From Diplonema japonicum (Eukaryota > Protista > Euglenozoa: Diplonemea): 64,000 bases of DNA. Below the pieces are notes generated by a model that did no database searches, was not told the origin of the DNA, and saw only the letters and a program-made list of their open reading frames with translations. The translations under genes and the position numbers were made by a program. Positions 22,817-31,996 of the stretch are shown in pieces. The stretch is from NCBI GenBank assembly GCA_964019335.1, contig OZ025720.1, positions 186,001 to 250,000 on the forward strand, given 5' to 3'. Positions within the stretch are counted from its first letter, which is position 1. The number at the start of each line of letters is the position of its first letter.

Positions 22817-24036
22817 TCAATACCTTTTGGCTCCTTTTGTTGAACAGCCTGATGCCCCATACTATCCTCCATAACTCGTCCAGTTGTTTCGCTTTTTCTT
22901 CTTGCTGTTTTTTTTTTTTTTTTTATATACGGATTGTGGAAGGACTTTTTATATTCCGTTCGGGTAGAACCTCAAGGCATCAGGCTTGTTGGTGCGGCCG
23001 CGCAATCGACGAAGTTCGCACAAATGAAGTGTGGAAGGAAAGCGAAGACCGTGCAAGAAGAACGACTTGGCTTAAGGACGATCACCGGTACCAACAAGAA
23101 AAACGAAGAAGGCAACGGTTGAAAGATTCCCTTGGAACAGACCGTTGGTGGGAAGAGGGTGCTCGGTGCCAAGTTTAGACAGCACTTCCATGGGGATACG
23201 ATTGTCCCAGAAGATGTCTCAAATGGCTTCGCATGCTGCAGTGAGCCCACAAGGCTCACTCAGTCTCAAGGTAGAGCCCGCCCTCCACTTTGAGGCCACA
23301 CGACCAAACAGCTCATCTTGGAGGATACGGCTGACATACGCAAGCGTGCAAACCGGCTAGCTAGAGTGCTGGCAGAGGTGGCCGAAAAGAAAGCACGATC
23401 CCCTCCCCTCCCCCATATAATGTCGCAACCAAAGCCCCATTTTTTTTTTTTTTTTTTAATTTTCTTTTTTATTTAAAGAAACTTCAACACACCTTTTGTG
23501 CTATAAACGGTGCCACTGAGCCCCGTGCTATGACGGACTCCAAAGCCGTCATCGTTTCCTTTTGAACCAAATCAACAGATGACGTGAAGAGATGGCTCTC
23601 ATGCAGGACGTAGAGGGTCATGTCGCTGACGACCTTGGTGGGGTTTGAGAAGAAAAAAAAGAAAAAAGAAAAAAAAAGAAACCTGATTCGGGTCGGTTTT
23701 CGAGCAAATTTCTTGGATCAGCTGCTGTGCTTTTGCTGTGTGCTGTACTTCTTCCGTACGCATTCTGTTAACCTGTTCCTGTTTCATTGTTGTAACAGAA
23801 GCCTGCAGCTTAAATGTTTCCAAGGCTGGTGAGTCAGACTGGGTTAAGCTTTCTACCGATTTGTCTACCAGTTCTTCTATTCTCTCAGGGGGGAGCTCCA
23901 CCCCCCTGCAAGAGTCCTTTTCATCCTTGAGCAGCTGAGTCATCAGGTAAAAATGCGCCAGGGAAGCCGACACGATAAACCCATGCCTCCCGCACTGGGA
24001 TACGATTTCCTGCACTATCGTCTGTGTAATATCCAT
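21559..24036 (-). CDS. CFAP206: Cilia- and flagella-associated protein 206; exons 23683-24036, 23493-23633, 22824-22904, 21559-22770
   Basis: Three phase-0 GT-AG introns (23634-23682, 22905-23492, 22771-22823) give a continuous frame. Motifs IVWGIRLFNK..KGGAGI and YEWNEWELRRLALKLANL. Confidence 0.88.
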
Positions 24037-24285
24037 CGTCGGGTAGCTGTTGCTGTTGCCTTACTTTTTTGTTTATGTCTTAACACATCTCCCCCTCCCT
24101 TCCTTTTTTTTTTCCTGTTAAAATTCTCACCATAGAAATTAAAAAAAATGCTTTCCCCAACGTGATGAATCTAAACAGGTGCTTCTCGCACGAACTGATA
24201 GTCTCCCAAACTACAAAGAAGTTTTTTTTTTTTTTTTTTTTTTTTTTTTCCCCCTTCCTTCCCTTCCTCATTTTCTTTTTTTATC

Positions 24286-25344
24286 TCACCCAATTTTTCG
24301 TTTTTTTTTCTTGCTCCCCTCAGCCTCCGTCACAGTACCCACCCCCGGGCCGACTTTGTACACACAACCACCTTTTTGAACGTCTTTCGGGAGATTTAAA
24401 TTGAGCTCCAGTTTTGAGGCAGGGCCTTGGAACAAGGTCGTGATGGTAGGGGTCGCGGCGGGAGCCGCGACGGTGGCGGGGGTGGGGCTTGCCGGGGGGC
24501 GAGGTGTGGGAGGCGCCCCCGATAGGGGGCGCCTGAATGGCACCGCAGTCAACGGCTTATGATTCAACCACACGTTAACAAGCAGCGTGACGCGTTGTTC
24601 CCCATCATCCTTCGCCACAACATTCTGCAGATCAGTCGCACCATGCAAGAAACGGCCGTCAAAGGCAAGGTGCCGACCTGTTCTGGGATAACAAACAAAG
24701 CAAGACGAGATGTCGGAAGGCACCTCTTCAGTCATAGGAGGCGGCGCGACACACTCCGCAACAACGGTAGGACTCCCGTTCGTAGTGAGGTAGGTCACGG
24801 TCCCAAGCTGTGGGTAGATATTAAGCCCCAAAGGACCTTCCAGAGCATAGTCTTTGTCCCAATGCCAACCTACCTGTGAATCGGTATCAAGAACAAGAGA
24901 CCACCATTCGGCACCGGAGTGATTGGCATCGTAAGTGGTGCCCTTTGAATGGAAGTCGAAGATGGACTTAACGTAATGTTCAAGTCCGGTGAGGGTTTTC
25001 TCATCTCTGTTGGCGGCGACCCAGTACGTTTGTCCTCTGCTGTAGGCCTTGCCTCTCTTGACCTTTTTCTTGACAGATGCTTCTTTGCACATTTCTCTGT
25101 ATACTGTTACTTCTTCCTCTGGGATGACACCGTCCCACACTGTCACAAGCTGGTTGTTTTTCAGTGCGTGCAGCTCACCTCCGTGTTCTATCCTCCCTTC
25201 CCCGTCAATGTGGAGCGGTTTTGGTTCTTCCTCATCTTCTTCTTCTTCTTCTTCTTCTTCTTCGTTTTCCTCTTCTTCCTCTTCCTCTTCTTCGCTTTCT
25301 TCTATTATTTGAACGTGCACATTTATGTTAGGATTGGTGGCCAT
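24286..25344 (-). CDS. 2OG-Fe(II) oxygenase / prolyl-hydroxylase-like protein with N-terminal poly-Glu
   Basis: HxD motif (HWDKD), distal His (FDGRFLHG) and RVTLLVNVW. Confidence 0.75.
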   Translation of the reverse strand: MATNPNINVHVQIIEESEEEEEEEEENEEEEEEEEEDEEEPKPLHIDGEGRIEHGGELHALKNNQLVTVWDGVIPEEEVTVYREMCKEASVKKKVKRGKAYSRGQTYWVAANRDEKTLTGLEHYVKSIFDFHSKGTTYDANHSGAEWWSLVLDTDSQVGWHWDKDYALEGPLGLNIYPQLGTVTYLTTNGSPTVVAECVAPPPMTEEVPSDISSCFVCYPRTGRHLAFDGRFLHGATDLQNVVAKDDGEQRVTLLVNVWLNHKPLTAVPFRRPLSGAPPTPRPPASPTPATVAAPAATPTITTLFQGPASKLELNLNLPKDVQKGGCVYKVGPGVGTVTEAEGSKKKKRKIG

Positions 25345-26191
25345 TTTTTTTTATTATTATTATTATTACTATTATCCTCCCTCTTTTTATTTAAGAAACT
25401 CTGGGGTATGAAAAGACAAAAAAAGGGGGGGGGGGGAATAAACGATTTGGGTGAGAACGGAAATGAAACAGAAGGTTCACTTTCACACATATTTTTCCCA
25501 CTCCTTCCCTCCCCTTTTTCTTTTCTCCTCGAAGAAGAAAAAAAAGAGGGGGAGAGAGAGGGAAAAGGGGGTGCAAAGGTAAAAGCTTTTTTTTTGAGAG
25601 GAAGAAATAGTGGGGGATAAAAGAGAGAAAGAAAAAAAAAAGGGTTTTTTTTTTTCCCCACTCTCGCGCAATAGAACTGAGGTATGACATTGTTTATATT
25701 GTTGCAAAATTTCTTTTTTTCATTTTCTTCAAATTTCCTCAAACCCTTTTTTTTTTAAAGGCAAACACACGCGTACCGCAAGACACAAAAATAATATTGC
25801 CTTTTTAAAGAAAAGGGGGGAGGGAGGCTATCGATGAAGTTATTGTCATGTAAAAAATATAAAAACACAAGAGAGGGGGTAAAAAAAAAAGTAAAAATCT
25901 TTTGAAAAGAAAACAGAGAAGGAAAAAAAAAAGTATTTTCTTCTTCTTTGCAACAACGTTTTACAGAAGAAAGGGAAGAACAATATAAAAAAAGGCAAAA
26001 AAACAAAAAAAAAAACAAAAAAAAAAAGAATGATACAGGGGCTTTCCTTTGGTAATGGAAAATAAATAAAGTCACACGCAAACAGTAACACAAAAAAAAT
26101 ACCCTTTTCCATTCCTTTTTTTTTTTTTTTTTTTTTTTTCCTTTTTCCCTTCAAGATTTCAGTCCCTTATTCTCTCCTTTTTATTTTAATT

Positions 26192-27997
26192 TCAGTTGGT
26201 CTTCTCATCCTGCTCGAATACGAAGTCGGGGGTACGGGGCTCCTCAAGGCTGGACCTGAACTTCTTAGTCCTCTCAGGGGCCTCAGACCCGGTCTCAGCG
26301 TGAACCTCCTTCTTGGTAGCCTTGAACTGGTCCTCAGTGACACCCTTGGACATGATGCCAGTGGAGGAGAGGGTGTTGACAAGCCCCGACTGGTAGTCGA
26401 CGACGAGGGCACCGCTCCACTTCTGGTGGGTGAGGGTCTCGACGTCGTACTCCCTCTCCTTCCTCTGGATCTTCTCCACGTAGGCCCTCATACCCCTCTG
26501 GGCATAGTCCTTGGTGAAGGTGTCCACCATGAGTGCGTTGCTGTGCAGACCCGCAAGGGTGCAGAACTGCCACACGAACCCGAGCTTACCGATGTCCCTG
26601 GTGAAGCTGCCCATCTCCTCGTCGCTGAGCCCCGCCACGTCCCAGTTGAAGGACGGCGACAGGTTGTACGCAAGGAACTGGTTCGGGTACTTCGCGTGGA
26701 TCCCGTCAGCGAACTGCTTCGCCTGCTCCACGTTCGGGGTGTCCGTCTCCATCCACAGCAGGTCGGCATGCGGGGCGAAGGCCTTCGCCCTCTGGATGCA
26801 GAAGTCCATCCCGCTCAGCACACGGTAGTACCCCTCCCTGGTCCTGGGCTTGTACCACGACCAGTACAGCTCCACACCAAGGTCCTTTGCAAGCTCACGC
26901 GACTCCACGTGCGACAGTTCCATGTAGTTCTTGTTCCAGGTGTCGAGGGCGTCCTTCTTCGAGGCTTCGGTCTTGGAAAGGTTCTGGATCTCCCCCGTCA
27001 CCGCCTCACCGAAGGTCATGACGTTCGCCTTCTCCCCCCACTTGGTCTGCTGCTCCATCATCTCCTGCGGGGACAGCTTCGCCTGCTCCATCCTCCTCAG
27101 GTCGTCCACGAGGTTCGGGATGTCCTTGTTCCTGGTCCCCATGATGAAGGGGTGGTCGCGGGGGTCGATGTTGTTGTCGAGGTACTGCGCGGACTCGGCG
27201 TCCGTGCGCCCGACGATCAGCGTGCGTGTCCCCATGATGTCGCACTGCAGACGTGCGGCCTTCAACCTCTCCACGTGCTCCTGCGTCGAGACAAGCACCT
27301 TCCCACCCATGTGCCCGCACTTCTTCGTACCAGCCTTCTGGTCCTCAATGTGCACACCGGCGGCACCCGCCTCCACGAACAGCTTCACAAGCTTCATGAG
27401 GGCGCTTACCCCACCGTGCCCCGTGTCACCGTCAGCGATGATGGGAGTGAAGTAGTCGCAAGGCGGTGTCGCCTCCCTCTCCTCCTGCGTCATCTGCGAC
27501 CTGGTGAGGGTCTGCTTCCTGTCGTGGAACATCTGCGCACGGAAGAGCTGGTCCACCTTCGTGGGCACTGTGTTCATGGGGTAGTCCGCGAGGTCGGGGC
27601 CGGGCTCGTTCGTGGTGGAGCACGTGGACGACGACTGCCAGCCGGACACGTAGATGGTCTCCAGGTACTTGCACATCTGCACCACCTGCACAGGGTCCGT
27701 GCACCCGAAGGTCCACGACGCCTTGTTCGTGTCCCAGTTCTTCTGGAACAGCTCGTACGCCTTCGCTGCCGACTCGTCGGCAAGGTGGTAGCGCTGCTTC
27801 GTGTCGGGGAACGAGCCCCTCAGCTTAGCAACGTCGTCAGAGGACCATGTCCTCACAGTCTTCTTGAACCTGTCCTGCCCGAACCACTCCTGGACACGCT
27901 TCGACTCCTCAGCAAGCGCAACGCCCTCGGCGTCCGTCCCGAAGGCCCTCCTCGCCTTGCACGCCCTGGAGGCATTGGCAACCTTACGCATAGACAT
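26192..27997 (-). CDS. ICL: Isocitrate lyase with predicted mitochondrial presequence
   Basis: KKCGHMGGK catalytic motif, [23 protein letters not shown] and WQFCTLAG. Strong GC3 bias suggests high expression. Confidence 0.96.
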   Translation of the reverse strand: MSMRKVANASRACKARRAFGTDAEGVALAEESKRVQEWFGQDRFKKTVRTWSSDDVAKLRGSFPDTKQRYHLADESAAKAYELFQKNWDTNKASWTFGCTDPVQVVQMCKYLETIYVSGWQSSSTCSTTNEPGPDLADYPMNTVPTKVDQLFRAQMFHDRKQTLTRSQMTQEEREATPPCDYFTPIIADGDTGHGGVSALMKLVKLFVEAGAAGVHIEDQKAGTKKCGHMGGKVLVSTQEHVERLKAARLQCDIMGTRTLIVGRTDAESAQYLDNNIDPRDHPFIMGTRNKDIPNLVDDLRRMEQAKLSPQEMMEQQTKWGEKANVMTFGEAVTGEIQNLSKTEASKKDALDTWNKNYMELSHVESRELAKDLGVELYWSWYKPRTREGYYRVLSGMDFCIQRAKAFAPHADLLWMETDTPNVEQAKQFADGIHAKYPNQFLAYNLSPSFNWDVAGLSDEEMGSFTRDIGKLGFVWQFCTLAGLHSNALMVDTFTKDYAQRGMRAYVEKIQRKEREYDVETLTHQKWSGALVVDYQSGLVNTLSSTGIMSKGVTEDQFKATKKEVHAETGSEAPERTKKFRSSLEEPRTPDFVFEQDEKTN

Positions 27998-28262
27998 TGT
28001 AGGTATAAGTAGCTGTGCGGATTGGTTTTTGATAGAAACCACTGTTGAATAAAAAAGAAATGAAATAATTCATACTCTAAAAAAAAAAAGACTAAAGGAC
28101 TACTGCAAGGAGAAAAGGAGAACGAAAAAAAGACTCATCTTGAAGGTATGCGTTTTTTTTTTCTTTTTTTTTCTTTTTTTTGCGCTCACAGCTGAGCTTA
28201 GTCCCCGTTATGGGGCTCTGGCGGGTTTCTACTGCGGTGGGGGCAGCTCTAAAAATAGAAGA

Positions 28263-29996
28263 TTACAAAACTAGATCCTCCAGCAAGCTCCCAACACCCC
28301 TTCTGGGAGGCGATGCCAGTGTGTCGAAGACCCCCTGGCTAGAGTGGCACTGGGCGTACTGAGAGGTCGCCCCACAGCAGGACCAATGGTTCTTAGGGTT
28401 GATCGGTGAGGTATGGGTACAAAGCGGACCGTCGAGAGCAGCGGAAGTACTGCAACACATGGTGAACGATGAGCCACGCCAGTACCCAGCGTGTGGGGGT
28501 ATGGGGGGCTTGCGCTCTCGGACTTTGAAACAGGTAGGTTCAGAAAACGTTGCCTCGAGGGCAGCTGTTTTTTTTTTCCGTCTCCGTCTCGACCCCGCAC
28601 TGTAGGGGCTCGCTGTGCTGCCAGCTTCTTGGAAATCCTTGTTGCCATCCTCCCCAGCTTCGAGGCTGTCTTCTTCTTCCTCTTCTTCGTCTTCTTCCTC
28701 TTCATCACTGCTCGACGACATCTCATCTGCACCACCAGGGCGTCCTCTGTCCGTGTCGTTCCGATCCACTGTGGGGCCCTCTGTAGAAGCGCGGACCAGA
28801 ATGAAAACGAAACCAAGACCGCCGAGAAAATGATGTGTTGTGTTTGGGATCTTCGCCTTGGCGAGCCCCAGCTTTGCTCTCCTTGCGAGCTTTGTAATGG
28901 TATCAGTGTCATGAGAAGAGCTGGGCCCGAGAGGCAGTTTCTTCTTCTTCGCCCATGCAATGGTGGCCTGCACGGCGTCAGGGGCAAGCTCCATCGTGGC
29001 CTCTCCGAGGAAGTTCGGTTCGGCACCTTTCCCATCGTGCACGCTGGCGGTGATCTTTACTGTTTCATAGCCGCTGTAAGAGTACGTGAACCGATCGTCC
29101 CAGATGGGGTTTACGGTTCCCTTTACTACCTCCGTGCGTCTTGGAGCCTGCGTCTTGTCCCCCCCGGGCCCTGCGCCGACACATTTCACTTCCGCGTATA
29201 AACAACATCCTCGTTTGTCGTCAGGGTGTAGGTTCTGTGCACCGAACACAATGATCTCTATGCTGCCAGGGGTGGGCAGGCCGTCGATGACGCAGCCCCG
29301 TTGGTAGCTGGTTCGCAGCGCGAGCCGAATGTCGCCAAAACCATCGTACTTCTTGAACAGCTCGGTGTCTTTGGCATTATTAGCACGGGGGGTTAACTTG
29401 ACGGTTTGCAACTGGTCCTGGTACACGATCTCTTCAGGTGCAGGGATGTCGATCTTCGCACAGCCGATGAAGGTTTCAGACCAGTCGCCTGAGAAGACAG
29501 ACACGGTGAAGGACAACGGCATGTTCGGGTCGATTCCAAACGCGAAGCGTTGGTTCCAAACAGGGGATGTCGTCTTTGTCACTGTGCGGGATTTCTCGCG
29601 TAGAACGGCGCCCTTCGCGCCTCCCTTCATGAGCGACACGATGGCGAAGGGGTCGGACACGTTTTTTCTGCTCAACCCCACTAGGTGTTTGCCTCGGAAG
29701 ACCGTTACATCGACGCCGGTCAGGTCGTGCGGGATGTCCTTCTTGAGGTGCAGGATCCTTGCTGCGGCGCCGACACCCATTTTCAGGATGTCCGCAGTTT
29801 TTCCGGCTTTTTTTGTGATGGCGCCTGTCAGGCCTGCGTGCTCTTTCTCTGCCTCCTCTAGACGCTGTCTGAGACGTTGGATCTCTTCGTCCTTGTCGTG
29901 GAGCTCTTTGTCACGTGCCGCACGCATGGAAGAAGTCGTTTCGTGTGCTGCGCTAGACGGTGCGAGAGTGCGGTTGGTTTTGCCATCAATGGACAT
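28263..29996 (-). CDS. Double C2-domain protein with coiled coil and C-terminal Cys/His cluster
   Basis: SDPFA...TTSPVWNQRF and GTVNPIWDDRF...FLGEA C2 motifs; C-terminal HWSCCG. Confidence 0.85.
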   Translation of the reverse strand: MSIDGKTNRTLAPSSAAHETTSSMRAARDKELHDKDEEIQRLRQRLEEAEKEHAGLTGAITKKAGKTADILKMGVGAAARILHLKKDIPHDLTGVDVTVFRGKHLVGLSRKNVSDPFAIVSLMKGGAKGAVLREKSRTVTKTTSPVWNQRFAFGIDPNMPLSFTVSVFSGDWSETFIGCAKIDIPAPEEIVYQDQLQTVKLTPRANNAKDTELFKKYDGFGDIRLALRTSYQRGCVIDGLPTPGSIEIIVFGAQNLHPDDKRGCCLYAEVKCVGAGPGGDKTQAPRRTEVVKGTVNPIWDDRFTYSYSGYETVKITASVHDGKGAEPNFLGEATMELAPDAVQATIAWAKKKKLPLGPSSSHDTDTITKLARRAKLGLAKAKIPNTTHHFLGGLGFVFILVRASTEGPTVDRNDTDRGRPGGADEMSSSSDEEEEDEEEEEEDSLEAGEDGNKDFQEAGSTASPYSAGSRRRRKKKTAALEATFSEPTCFKVRERKPPIPPHAGYWRGSSFTMCCSTSAALDGPLCTHTSPINPKNHWSCCGATSQYAQCHSSQGVFDTLASPPRRGVGSLLEDLVL

Positions 29997-30072
29997 TTTT
30001 TCTTTCCCCCCTTTCCCCCCCGCCGCCACGACCCTGTTTCTGATTATGCGCTGCGAAAATTTGAAAAAAGGC

Positions 30073-30120
<48 letters not shown>

Positions 30121-30123
30121 AGA

Positions 30124-31305
30124 TTATGGGTGCTGTTTTTTCTTTTTGTACTTCCCGTACCCCGCACTCGTTAGATGCGTGCCTTTCGGTGGTTTCCAGT
30201 CTTCGTTCAGGGTTACTTTGCACTGTTTTTTCCTTGTTTCTTTTATGTTGTCTATCGCGCACCCCGAAGGGCCTGTTCGAAAGGGCGCGAACTCGATCAA
30301 CCCAAAGCGCCACCCGCCGTTCTTCTTCCCGAGATCGTAGTTCTGCTTCTGCTCGGCGGTGTTCCAGTAGGTGTGGTGCTTTTTGTCGTCCTGTTCTTTG
30401 AGGTGCGCGTAGTCGTGTTTTTGGTGCAGGCACAGCAGCGTTTCGGTGAGATCCACGACAGGCTTGCCAGACTGAACGGCCTTGCTAACCAGCCAATTGT
30501 CGTAAGCAGGGCGTCCGATCACAAAATCAGGGAAATCTTCAGAATGGTCGAAAAAGTTTTTCGACCATATGAAATAATCCTCCGCGTCGGTGCGATCCTG
30601 CTGGATACCGAGGGACAGCAACGCTTCGATCTTCTCGTTCAAATTGTCAAAGGGGAGCTTCGTTGTAAGCGGTATTGTGGTCCGATGCCCAACCGCGAAA
30701 TAATCATAAAACGTACTGTTCAGAATCTGCAGACTGTTGGAAAGCTGTTCGGGAGGGAGGATGATGTCGCCGTTGACCCACATTACGGCGTCATAGTCCT
30801 TCCTTTGTACTTCTCTATGCAGTTTTTTCACGATTCCGCTTAACAGTGGAACGCCTGATTTCGATGCTTTGAATTTTGTGTGGATTTTAACATTCTCAGC
30901 TCCCTCAGTTATTTCGTCAGTGGTGGTGCCGAACAGGTGTACATCCGCGCCTGTTAGCGTCCATGATTTCAGGGCGTTCCATTGCTTTATGCAGATTTCC
31001 TCCGGCATTTCGCAAGGTTTTAGCGATGAAGCGATGATGAGCCTCGCCTTGTGTTGCTGGTGTGGCGCGGGGGTCTTTGTGGGTGGGGTCGTTCGTTTTC
31101 TTTTTGGTGCTGTCGTCGGTGCTTGCCGCTCCCTCGCCCACCTTTTTTTTGCATCACGCCTTTCTTTTTCCCTCTGTTTTATTTCCCGGGAGAGCCCCGC
31201 GTTCTGTCTCAGCACTCCCCCCGACATCAAGCACATCACAGCCCCCACTGCTATCACCATGTACAATACAAGGATTTCCTTGTGAAACCAACGGTGGTGC
31301 GGCAT
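30124..31305 (-). CDS. Type II membrane glycosyltransferase-like protein
   Basis: N-terminal TM anchor and stem; NALKSW, VNGDIIL, DYFIW and IGRPAYDNWLV motifs of a GT-A-like family. Confidence 0.7.
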   Translation of the reverse strand: MPHHRWFHKEILVLYMVIAVGAVMCLMSGGVLRQNAGLSREIKQREKERRDAKKRWARERQAPTTAPKRKRTTPPTKTPAPHQQHKARLIIASSLKPCEMPEEICIKQWNALKSWTLTGADVHLFGTTTDEITEGAENVKIHTKFKASKSGVPLLSGIVKKLHREVQRKDYDAVMWVNGDIILPPEQLSNSLQILNSTFYDYFAVGHRTTIPLTTKLPFDNLNEKIEALLSLGIQQDRTDAEDYFIWSKNFFDHSEDFPDFVIGRPAYDNWLVSKAVQSGKPVVDLTETLLCLHQKHDYAHLKEQDDKKHHTYWNTAEQKQNYDLGKKNGGWRFGLIEFAPFRTGPSGCAIDNIKETRKKQCKVTLNEDWKPPKGTHLTSAGYGKYKKKKQHP

Positions 31306-31587
31306 CTTTTCCTCCGTGCCTCCTTTTTTTTTTTTCGCAGGGGGTTTTTTTTCATTTTGCCAAGGGAAAAAAAAGAAAGAAAAAAAAATAATAAGAGAAC
31401 GGAAAGGGGAAGGAAAAAAAAAAAAAAAAAAAAAAGACGACACTGAAACATGAAAATGCTTCGCGAGGAAAAAAAAAAGGGGGGGAGGGAAAAGAAAAAG
31501 AGAGGGTGTGGTAATGTACACAAATGGAAGATATAAGGGGAAATAAAAAAAAAAAAAAGGTTTTTTTTTTTTTTTTTCTTCTGTATC

Positions 31588-31899
31588 TCACGAACCCCGT
31601 GCAGCAGCTATAGCGGGCCCTGCGGCGGGTGCAAGGGTAGGGGATTTCAGCCTCCCGGGCATTATTTCTAGAAGGAACATGCAGGCAGAATCGGACTTTC
31701 CGGACCCTGTGGTGCACATATTTTCAAGGGCGAGGAACTTGGGGGTGGCGGGGGTGGTCGTGGTCGCCTCCTTGAGGACTACTATTGCGTGCGACGACAT
31801 CCCCATTTCAGAAGAAGCCCTGAAGAGCGCTTCGCTGCCCGGATACTCTATCTTGTTGGGGAGCCCTCTCATGTCTCTGAACTTTGTGTCAACCGTCAT
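31588..31899 (-). CDS. Small hypothetical protein (about 103 aa), or a terminal exon of the upstream gene
   Basis: Complex-sequence ORF starting MTVDTKFRDM, flanked by homopolymers. Confidence 0.45.
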   Translation of the reverse strand: MTVDTKFRDMRGLPNKIEYPGSEALFRASSEMGMSSHAIVVLKEATTTTPATPKFLALENMCTTGSGKSDSACMFLLEIMPGRLKSPTLAPAAGPAIAAARGS

Positions 31900-31996
31900 C
31901 TTACCCCCCCCCTTCCCCCCACTGACTTTAAAAAAAACCTTTGTAGTGTTGGAAAAAAAAAAAAAGAACAAAAAAAAATTTTTTTCTTCCTTTTTT

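Noticed and set aside
26300-28012. 570-aa plus-strand ORF antisense to isocitrate lyase
   Set aside because: Shadow ORF produced by the strong codon bias of ICL; no recognisable protein features.
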